The notes under the pieces: generated by a model
The model's database searches: none
Told to the model about the DNA's origin: nothing
The model's input: only the letters and a program-made list of their open reading frames with translations
Program-made: the position numbers and the translations under genes
Assembly (NCBI GenBank): GCA_002104945.1
Contig: MCFH01000018.1
Location: 1 to 64,000, forward strand
Length of the DNA stretch: 64,000 bases
Direction of reading: 5' to 3'
Source of the DNA: Piromyces finnis finn
Lineage: Eukaryota; Fungi; Neocallimastigomycota
Part shown: piece by piece, positions 44,122-56,046 of the stretch
Layout of the letters: every line of letters starts with the position of its first letter
Numbering within the stretch: the first letter of the stretch is position 1

Positions 44122-46046
44122 ATGAAAATGTTTTTAATAAAATATGTTAATTTTTTATTTTCTTTTTCTATTTTTACTAATTTATATTATAAGTCATACG
44201 GAAAAATTCAAACATACTATCAGAATCAACTTGAAAAAAAATATACAAAAATATATCAGAAAAATTCACAACCCTCCGTTAATATTAACATATCAAATCA
44301 ATTAAACAATAATTCAACTAATAAAAAGGAAATATATAGTATAGACTATGAATCTTCAGATTATATTATTATTGAAAAATATAAAAGAAGAAATTATGAA
44401 AATGAATTATCAAAAAAGGGAAAAAAACTGGAAAACAAAAAAAAACACATTTATCGTAATAAGAAAAAACAAAATAATATAAAAGATAATAGTAGAATAA
44501 TTTATAATTCAAAATTATTACATAAAAAGAAAAACAATAATGGTAAAATACTAAATATTGATGTTTTAATATTAAAATTGTAGCATATTTTTAATTTTAT
44601 TAATGTTTTATTGGATTTAATTCAATAAATATAAAATGATAGATGTATTAAATAAGAGAAAGTTGGATAATTTCATTATTAATAATACTCTATATTATAA
44701 TCAATATTTTGGAAATCAATTAAATTCTTTTGAAAAATATATATATGATATATTAGTACGGCAATTAAAAGGTGTTACTTTACTTTCTTTTTTTGTAAAT
44801 ATTGATGTAGCTAAAGAGTTTTCAATTAAATCTAAAGATATTATTAAAATTATGGAAAGAGTATTTGGTGCATTATCCATGGATCATCCAGATATATGGT
44901 GGATAACTAAATATAGAATTCATTATAAAACAGGTGAGTTAGATATAAAAAAATCAACAATAAAAGATGAAGAAAGTAATAATCAAGTAGATCAAAATAT
45001 TAAAAAAGATTCTGAAAAATCTTCTATTGAAAGTGTAAAAATGAAGATTAACATTATTGAAAACAAACAAATAATTAATGATACAAAGAGTTTAAGTAAT
45101 CCAAACAAAGAATCTATAGGTAGGAGAATTAGATATAAAAGAGGTGAATTCGATGAAAATTCTCAATATATCTCAAAAATTCAAATACAGCTTTGCTCAA
45201 GCCCATTAAAAAATATATGTAACACATATTCCGTTAATGACATTAATCGAATGAATAAATTAATTGATAAGAAAATACAAAATATTTTAATTAATGCAAA
45301 AACAAATATTAAGCTTCAGAAAAATAACAATAATAATAATGATAAGTTATCCTATATTGATAATAATGAAATATATGAGTATGATTTTATAAAATACATA
45401 CATAATATTTTAATAAAAAATGTTCAATATGGATTTTCTGAAAATGGTTTTACAGAATATACTATTTATGGTGCATTAGTAGAGAATCGTTGTGTTTGTG
45501 AAGGTTTTTCAGAAGCATTTATGGTACTAGCTCAAAGAGCGAAAATATATACAATATTAGCAACTAGTAATGCACATCAATGGAATATGGTATTTTTAGA
45601 AGGAAAATGGTATGCATTAGATATTACCTGGGATATTCCTAATTATGCATCATACCAAACTAAAGAATTAAATAAGTTTACTTTGAGTAATTATTATAAT
45701 ATATTATATTATATATTATAATAAAAATTATAAGAATAAACTTTGAAATTTAATTTATCAAAAAAAAATATTTTATTTATAATTAACTATCTGTTATTTA
45801 TATACATTATTAGGCTTTAATGAATCCGAAATCTCTACTGAAAAAGAGGACGAATCTTTTTTTTTAATTGGAAGTAACACTATCATTAATGAAAAAACAA
45901 AAATGATTTTCCAAAATGAACCTAATCATCAATTTTGTCAATATGTAATATATAAATATGCATTAGGATTTAGATACCCAAAATTAGAAAATAATAGATA
46001 TAACCCAAAATCAATATATAAAAAATATATCCATATCTATTATTAA
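44122..46046 (+). CDS. Probably secreted transglutaminase-like (papain-fold Cys-His-Asp) protein, 3 exons
   Basis: Signal-like MKMFLIKYVNFLFSFSIF. Intron 44543-44642 restores the frame. Catalytic segment YGALVENRCVCEGFSEAF...AHQWNMVFLEGKWYALDITWD. Last exon from about 45815 reads FFLIGSNT...H...FRYPKL and stops at 46046. Confidence 0.85.
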
Positions 46047-46130
46047 TAAATATTTTTTACATTTACAGACAATTATTTATAGTTGTAATTATATAAAATT
46101 AAATTAAAATTTATGATTTCACGTTTAAAT

Positions 46131-46164
<34 letters not shown>

Positions 46165-47915
46165 TTATATATTATATAAAAACTAGGCTATTAAAATTAG
46201 ATGAATTGAAATAATAATAATTTATAAAGATAATTAAATTTTTATTTATTTTGAAAAAAGCATTATTTAATATTATAAAATGCATATAAAACAAATATAT
46301 ATGTGTATATACATATACTTAAAAAAGTTCACAAAAAAGTATACTAAATCTCTTTGTTTTATTTTATTTTATTAATATAAAGTTATTTTTAAAAAATTTA
46401 ATATTATGGCTTGAAATATAATTTTATATTTTATTATTGTATAATAAACAAATTTATTTCAAATTTTTATGGCTAATAATAGAAATATTAATATTAAAAA
46501 GGTAATGTTTTTTAATATATTTAAATATTAATAATTTAATTAATTGTTAATATAAATATTAATTTACATATATATTATATTATATTCTTTTATTGTTTAA
46601 AATATATTAAATAATATATTAAATAGATTAAATATATTTTATATTATAATAATATTATTAATTATAAAAAAAGGATTAATAAAGAGCAGCAGTAAAAAAT
46701 AGTTAAGAAATGGTTTAAATAATGTTGTTAATTGTTAGAAATATACTAAAAAAATATTAATAATTTTATAACTTTTTTTTTTATAATATATAGTTTTCCT
46801 TTTTTTTTTCTATAATAAAAAAATTTTTTTTTGTTTGTGGTTGTTTATTTAGTTGTTTAGTAGTAATTATATACAATAGCTGATGGTCAATTGTCATAAT
46901 ATTATTTAATATTTAATAGTTGTTAATCTATTAATATTTTTATTACTAATAGCATTGAATTAAGTAAGAATATATGAATAATATAAATATTAAAAATCAT
47001 TATATAAATGTCTTTTTAGTTAATATTTAATTCTATAATAAGTAGTTTTTTATATAATAATACAATATTTTTATATTTTTTTTATTTTAATATTAGCTTT
47101 TTGATTGTGTAAAGTTCAAATTATTTGATTATATTATATTAAATATTAATTAAATTTTAATATAAGGATAAGTTAAGGTTATTTAGAATTATTTTTTTTT
47201 TTTTTTTTTTAACAAATAAAAAAAATTATAAAATAATAAAAAAACAATAATATTTGATAATGGTATAATTAAAAAAAAAAAGAAAAAAGAAAAAACGCAC
47301 TTTTTAGTATCACTTTATTATTCACTTAAAATATAAATTTACTTTTTTAAAATTATTCTTATTGGAATAATAATAAATAATACTTATTAATTCTTTATAT
47401 TCCTGAAGTATAATTTTAATTTTAAAATCTTTTATACTATACAATAAATTAAAGTATAAAAGATAAAAGTAAAAAAAAAAAAAAAAAATCAATAAAATTT
47501 GATATATAAATTTATAATAAGAAAAAGAAAAATAATATTATCATATTATATAATAAACAGTAAAAAATAAAAATAAAAATAAATTATATATAGAATTCTA
47601 TAGTATCTTTTTCGTTAGCATCATAGACTAAAATAAAAATACTTACATTAAATAACATAAAAGTAAAAAAAGAATAATCAAATTATTAAATTATAAATAC
47701 TAATACGAAAGCAAATAAAATAAAAAAGAAATCAATCCATAAAAATTTGAATATATTCTTTTATATTAAACTATAAACGTCACTAGTCTTATAATTATAT
47801 TTTGATATATTATAACAAACTTAACAAAATTAATAATAAAACCATATTAAAAAGAAAAATAAAATAAAACAAAAATAAAAAATAATAAAACCATATATAT
47901 TAATGGAAATTTAAA

Positions 47916-50900
47916 ATGAATATTGATATACAAGAAAAATCTGAAATTAATAATTTCTCTGTTAAGAGAAATGGAAGTAAAAGTAATTTAATAGAAATTT
48001 CTGAAAATGAATTCAATAATATATATACGCATAATCGTACTGGAAGTAAATCAAATTTAACCAATAATTCAAAATTTACACATGCTAGAAGTAGTAGTAA
48101 ATCAAGTATTACAAACATATTTAGTAAACGTATAGGAACTTTCAATAGAACAGTAAAGATTAATGATAGAGGTAGCTCACTACCAAAAAATAATGTAGAT
48201 TCCCACTCACATGTTCACAAGCAATCATTTAATAATTTAAGAGGAAACTCTTCAAATGATTTCTTAATACAAACTAGAGAAAGTTCATTATTATATAGTA
48301 ACAATAATTCTGTCAATAATAATACAAATAATCCTGTTGTTTCTAGCAATGTGCCATATTCAAGCCATTCAAGAGAAAATTTGAATTATTTATATCACTT
48401 TACAAAACTTTCACCAACATCTTCACCAAGAGATGTAACTATTCAAAATAACTCACCATTAAAGAATGCTATAAATGAAAATACACCTCCTATACTAAAC
48501 ATTAATCATTTCACAAAAAGTAATAATTTAGCAAATCATTATTCACCTACTTCAGCGACTTCCGTTTCTCCAAAATACCCAAGAGAAAATAGAGATAATT
48601 ATTACCAAAAAGGAAGTTATAATAAATATAATTTTCATACACCAGCTGATTCAAAAGGTATTAATTTTTATTTTAAAAAAATATAAATAAAATATAATGT
48701 TGATATTTTTTTTGTTATATATAATTTATTATTGTAATTTAATATCTAATTATTATTATTATTATTGTTTAATAAATTAATATCTAATTAATTTTAATAC
48801 AATATTGTAATTTATAGAAATAATTCAAAAATCAGCATTAAGAAATAAGAAAATGAAACAATGGACATTAAATGATGTTCTTGTTTGGTTAACTGAAAAT
48901 AATTTGGAAAAATACAAAGAAACTTTCAAAAGTATGAAATAAATAATTAAATTTTTATAATTTCTAATATTTTATTCACTATTTATAAAAGTAATTGATA
49001 ATATTTAACTGTAATATTAAACTATTATTTTTTTTTATTTAAAAAATTAGATATGAAAATGGATGGGAAAACATTGATAAAACAAAATTACGAAACTTTA
49101 ATTGATATATCAATTTTAGATAAAGTAAAAATAATATCATTAAGAAATTCAGTATTACAATTTGAAAAAGAGAATGAAATGGTAAAGATATAATAATTTT
49201 CTATTAATTATAAGAATTTAAATAATAATCTTTTTTTTTTTTTTTTAAATTATAAACATGTTAATATATTTTTTATAATGTATTATTATTATTTTATTAT
49301 TAATACTATTACATGGTATTAGACTTCAAATAATAACAGCAATATTATTACAAATAATTCAAATAATAATTCGATTCCATTATATACCCAAACTCTTCAA
49401 AGATCTGAAAATTTGTATGTAAACCCAAGAGAAGTTGATATATTAAAAGATGAAGTATATCATAATTTAATAAAATCTAGAAGTTTCGAATCATTAGTAA
49501 CAGCAAATAATAAAGAAGATGATAATAGTACACCAATTTCTGAAAATATGATATATACTTTACCAAGAAAATTAGCAGATGATACAGCAGTAAAAATATC
49601 AACATTATCAAGGACTACTTCTTTAAAAAAGAAAAAACTAATAAAAGATGATAGTTTAAACCAAACACCTGTTATTACCCCAAGATCTTCATCTAGAAAT
49701 ATAGAAAAAAATAGAGTTAGAAGAAAACATGATTATGTTCATGATAATATTAAAGTACAAACTCCAACTAGTTCAGGAAGTAAATCAGCTACTCCATTAA
49801 AAGATAAACATTTCTTATTTAATTTTGCTAATTTACCAAATTCTGCAAAAGAACCAACATTTGAAATGACTTCAAATTACATGCAAAATTCTATTAAATC
49901 AGCAGATGCTAAGGGATATGAAAATATTTTTAAAGAAGAATTAAAAATAGACAATAATGCAAATGTTTCTCCATTACTTCGTGGTGCTAAAAGTTTAAAT
50001 AATTTAACATCACCTTCTATCACATTAATTCCAAAATTTCTTATTAAAATTTCCAATACATCAAAAACCCAATCTCATATAATTGATATTACAAATTATA
50101 CTGATGAAGTTAAATTATGGGAAAGAATTTTAACAAAATTTGATATAAGATCAAATAAAGATAGTTTTGAAAAATATTCCATTATTCTTGTAAAAAATGG
50201 ACAAAATGGTATTTATAAAAATTTATATCTTTTATTTATAATTATATAATTTATTCTCTAATATTAACTATCATATATAAATATTTATAATTTTATATTT
50301 ATTTATTTTTATAAATAATATTACAAAAATAAATAGTTACTTTAAGTACAACTGATTTAATAAATATGATTAAAATTAATAAAAGTAATACTATGATTGA
50401 ATTAGTATTGGAAAATAAAATAAAACCAATGGAAATTACAAGACCATTAATAAAAAATAAAAATATTCGAAATATCACAGAAACAATCAAAATAAATAAT
50501 ATTAAATTAACATCAGTGCCACCAAAAGATAAACATAATTTGTTAACTAATATTAAACCAGATATAAAAAGATCAGAAAAATTAAAGAAATTTGTTGGTG
50601 AAAGACCACCAAGTATGTTAATTTGTGATCAATTAGAACAATATTTCCCAGAAGTTAATAAAAGTAAAAGTGAAAAAATTAAGAGTATTGTATTGGAAAA
50701 TATCAAAGTTAAAAGACTTAGCCGTTTATCAAGGCTTTCTCAAAGTCAATTATCCCTTTCAAGTTTTGATGAACGTAGTTTATTAGGAAATATCTCTGAA
50801 GATTTTGAATATGATATAGATAACGATGAAAACTTAATGCTTGATGCTCCAAAAAAGATTTCTATTGGTGATAAGAGAAATAGTCGCAAGCTTTCCATTA

Positions 50901-53431
50901 TTACTTCACCTGACAAGCTAAAAGAATTAAGTAAAACAAATAGAATTAAAAGTATTTATGGAGATATAGAAAGTGATATTGTAATGAATGAAATTATTTC
51001 CAATGAAAATCTTCCCAATGAAGATATTGACGAAAGTGAATATACAAATGAAGATATTTATACAAATGAAATTACTGATTATAGTTTTAGTAGTGAAATA
51101 TCTTCAGAAGCAAAGACTTTTGAAGATACAAATATTGGCACAAATACTTCAACATCTTTTACCGAAAAACTTAACAACTTCAATAAGAATTATAATAAAG
51201 ATTTAATGGATAATAATGAAGATGAAAATGATGAAAGTAGCGAAATTGATCATGTTGGAGGAAGTAAGAGAAGAGGTCAATATATAAATGAGGGCACAGA
51301 CACAGCCATTAAACGTAATACTAGAAGTTTTTTAGGCAACATTGAACGTATCTATAATATGAATAATGCCAATCAAAATAAAGAAAATACTACTACTGAG
51401 AGTGATATAGAAATTAATACAGGAATTAGTTCAGAGAATGTCACTGAAAATTCAACTCATATAAGCGTTGAACAAAATGATATAAGTAAAAATTCAACTA
51501 GTGAAAGTGTAGTTATTCCAAGACCAAATATCAGTGAAGCCAGAAGAAATTACAGAGCTTTCAAGGGTATATCTGTTGTTTCAGTAGGTAGAAAATCCAT
51601 CTATTCTATGAATTTAAAACAAAAGATGCCACAAGAAACTCGCTTCTCTATCATGGTTCCTCAAAAGCCAATTCAATGGACAAGAGGCCCATTAATTGGA
51701 CAAGGTTCATTCAGTAAAGTATATCACGGTTTAAATACAGAAACAGGAGAAATTATGGCTGTAAAACAAGTAGAACTTTGTCTTCCAATGAGTCAAGAAA
51801 ATGATGAAAGCTCAAAGAAGAAAAATCAACAAATGTTAGATGCTTTACATCATGAAATTAAACTTTTAAAGGATTTAAATCATGAAAATATTGTAAGATA
51901 TTTAGGTTTTGAATTAACTGAAACTTCTAGTAATGTCTTCTTGGAATATGTTTCTGGTGGTTCTGTATCTTCTTTAATTGCTAAGATAGGTAAATTTGAA
52001 GAACCTCTTGTAAAAAGTTTAACTTCTCAAATTGCCGCAGGTATGGAATATCTTCATAATCGTAGTATTATTCACAGAGATATTAAAGGTGCTAATATTT
52101 TGGTTGATGAGGATGGTATCGCCAAAATTTCTGATTTTGGTATTTCCAAAAAGAATGAATATGAAATGGCTTATAAATATAATTCCCGTATGTCCTTCCA
52201 AGGTTCCATCTTTTGGATGGCTCCAGAAGTTATTCGTGGTAAGGGATATAGTGCTAAAGTTGATATTTGGAGTTTAGGTTGTGTAGTTTTAGAAATGTTT
52301 ACCGGGGTTCATCCATGGAAGCAATTTAATGAAGTTCAAACTGTTATGTATAATTTGGGTATGATGAATAAGCCTTACATTCCAAAACGTCTTTCTCCAG
52401 AAAGTCAAAATCTTTTAAATATGTGTTTAGATGGTAATCCTGAAAAACGTCCTACAGCTAAGCAACTATTAGCTCATTCCTTCTGTAAGCCATCAGAAGT
52501 TCCATTTAATTTTAAGGAATATTATCAACACGCTATTGAAAGGGTGAATAAATTTGATGTTTCTGTTATCAGTAATGATGTAACCTCCATTACAAGCAAT
52601 TCAGTGACTTCTTATGATGTAACTACTGAACTTTCAAGCGAAGAAATTATTACAGAAGAAAATGTAACTAGAGATCCAATGGAATTAGAAGACATTGAAG
52701 AAGAAAGAGAAGAAGAAGAAGAAGAGGCTATTAATTTAGATAATATTATACCAAGTGAATTAAAATTAACTGAAGAAGAAAGTGACCAAGATTCTGAAAA
52801 TGAAACAGATCCAGAACTTCTTCCAACACCGAGAAATATTTATCCATCTAAAAAAAGTGACAATACTTCTATTTCCAGTAATAAAATTAATATAATTGAA
52901 GATTCAGTAGATTTAATTACTACTTCATCTCAAGAAAATAAAGAAAAAAAGAGTGAAGAAGAAGAGAAACTAAGAAATATAAAAAGACTTAGTCGTAACA
53001 ATACCAACACTACTTTAAGTAACCCTAAATCTTTATTGAATGGTACCTCAACATTCTCATCTTTAACTTCCACTCTTTCTTTAACTAGTACTTCATTTTC
53101 TTCACTTTCTAGTTCTCTTTCTTCTCTTAGCTCATCCTTTTATACCGGAAGTTCTGAATTGAACACCGTATTTAATAAACCATCAACATCTTCTTTCACC
53201 ACATCTTCAGAACCTATTTTTGAAAAAGATGAAGAGGAATTAATCGAAACCGGTCATGAAACCCATTCACTCCTTTTAACTAATAATGATAAATTAAATA
53301 GTTTAACCTATAAAGTCTCTAATATGTCTCTTTCAAAAATAGCGGATGAAGCTCAATCTCGTTCTAGCCCAGTTCTTTCCACCCCTAGAACTCCCGGTAC
53401 ACCAACTACACCAAAGCAAATTAAATGTTAA
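47916..53431 (+). CDS. STE11: MAP kinase kinase kinase of the Ste11/Bck1 (MEKK) group, with a SAM domain and a putative RA-like region
   Basis: SAM-like exons (WTLNDVLVWLTENNLEKYKETF...MDGKTL); GERPPSMLICDQLEQYFP motif; complete kinase domain (GQGSFSKV, MAVKQVE, HRDIKGANIL, DFG, QGSIFWMAPE, DIWSLGC). The symbol is a best guess; some subdomain features are Bck1-like. Confidence 0.85.
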
Positions 53432-53605
53432 ATAAAAAAAAAAGGAAAGGAAATAATATATATTAAAGAAAACATCATTATCTAATAAAATAAAAATAAA
53501 AAATAGAATAAAATATAACAAAGAAAAAATTAAAAAAAAAAAAAAACAAAATTTTTTTTAAATTTTTCTTTTTTTCTCTCTTATCCTAAATTTTATTTAT
53601 AACTT

Positions 53606-53649
<44 letters not shown>

Positions 53650-54792
53650 ATCTAGAAAATAAATAGAAACTAAACAACTATTAGATTATAATCATAAATA
53701 CAATAAAGAATATATATAATATATATATATAAACAATACTTTGATATATTTAATTTATTAATAGAAAATTAAAAAAATAAAAAAAAAAAAAAAATAGTAT
53801 TAAATGTATTAAATACTACAAAATATAAGCTTTTAAATGCTTTTAAATATTTAAAATATAATAAAAATAAACAATGGAATTAGTAATATATATATAATAA
53901 ATTATTATCTTTATATATAAACTGTTCATCTAAATGTTTTTATTTTAACTCATGATTTTTAGCAAATCCTATGCTAAAGTTCCATCATAAAGGAATATTC
54001 CTACTATAAGTTAATTTATAAATTGTAAAAAAATATATATATGTTTATCTATATTTTTTAAAAATATCTTCTACTTAAAAGATCAAAATTACTTAAATTT
54101 GTGATTTAAAAATTTTATATCAAAAAATTTATATTGAACTTTGAACGCTTTTACTTTTATTTTATTTTATTTTATTTTTATTTTTTATTTTTTATTTTTT
54201 ATTTTTATTTTTTCTTTCTTAATTTTTTTTTTTTTATTAATAATAAAATAAAGATTTTATATTAATTTCATTTAGATTATATATATATATATATATATAT
54301 ATTAAAAGAATTAAAATAATAATAATAACAGTAATAATAATAGTAATAGAAAAAGGAAAAATAAAAAAAAAAAAATTTTTTTTTCTCTTTTAATTCATTA
54401 GTCTTTTTCTTTTTTTTTTTTTTTTTTCTTTTCCTTTTCAATAGTTTATATATTTATAATGCATATTAAATTAATTTAAACTAAAACTAATAATTTTTTT
54501 TTTAAAAAATGATTTTAAAATATTTACTGATCATTTTTTATATTACTTTTCAGTTATTATATATATATAAATATTAATAAATATTTCTATTAAATTATAC
54601 TTATTATTATTACTATTATTACTATACAATGAAAAAAATAAAAATAAATGAAAAGTATTTTTGTCTTTTACGTATAAATAAATGCTATTGAATATTGAAT
54701 AGAAATATATAAATACTTCTCTTTTAAAAAAAAAACGTATAATAATAGATATTATAAATATACTTAAAATGTTTATCTTAATTGAAAAATAT

Positions 54793-54831
<39 letters not shown>

Positions 54832-54898
54832 ATTTATCATTTTTCTTAGAAATATTTGTATTTATATTAGTTCATAATTGATGTTCTAAATTCGAAAA

Positions 54899-55085
54899 TT
54901 ATTCCTCAATTCTTCTTCCATTTGGAATAATCATTTGCTTAAATAAATTAACTTCAGTATCAGTTGGTTCATCTAATTTAATATAGTTATTTATTCAAAA
55001 AAGAGAAAATATTAATTAATACGACATTATTTACTTGATGTATTATTTATATCATCATTTTCATTTATATTATATTAATGGATCC

Positions 55086-55122
<37 letters not shown>

Positions 55123-56046
55123 AATTATATATTTAAAGTTTTACTTAAATATTTTTATATCAAAAATTATAAAAAAAAAAAACTTACTAGATTCATCTTC
55201 GATTGGGCCAATTCCAAGACATGTAATTGGGAAGAAACCAACTTGATCATTTTTACAATTTTTACCGATTGTCCATCCGTCCTCAAAAGTTTGACATATT
55301 AATAAAGGATCATTCTTAGTTAAAGAAATTTCATCTTCACTTTGAGCTTCATAATCATATATAGCTATAAATTGGAAACCTGGAGCTGGGAATGGACTAA
55401 AACCACAATAATTAGAATAATCTTTTTCTACAATAATACTACGACGAATAGATACAGAGCGTTCATTAATGACTGGCTTTAAACGGACCATAGATTGATT
55501 AATCATTGAAATATCGGCATTTGATTCTTCACTAGGAGCATTTCTATCAATAACTGTATCACTATTTCTTGGAATAGTAGAAGGATATGGTAAAGTTAAA
55601 TCAACAACTGTAACTTTTGATTTATCAATATTATCTAATAATTTTACAATAATAAATTATATTTTTTGAAATATAAATATATCAATATAAATTTTTTATA
55701 TATTATTTATAATAAAATTATATGTTATATCAATAACTTTTATTAAATTTTAAATAATATATTTTCTATTACCTTTCTTATTCTTTTTGCTTTTAAAACA
55801 AATTACACTACCAAAACTTACAAAAAATGAAATAGCAATCATGGAAAATATTGGGAGAAAGATATTATTTTGTTTTCCGTTTGAATTATCAATAGTTTCA
55901 TTTTGTTTAGTATCTTCTGTTAATATTTGAGCTGATTCATCATTTTCCGGAATAGCTTTTGCATCAATAAAGTTATTTAAATTAGCTAAAATTGTTACAA
56001 AAGCTAATAAAGGATTTAAAGCTTGCTTTCTTAGGAAGTAGGTCAT
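54899..56046 (-). CDS. Signal peptide + short ectodomain + TM + SH3 domain protein, 3 exons
   Basis: ATG at 56046; hydrophobic LLAFVTILA; TM IFLPIFSMIAISFFVSFGSVICF followed by KSKKNKK. SH3: FIAIYDYEAQSEDEISL...FEDGWTIG...GFFPITCL. Last exon NEPTDTEVNLFKQMIIPNGRRIEE with TAA at 54901-54899. Confidence 0.85.
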
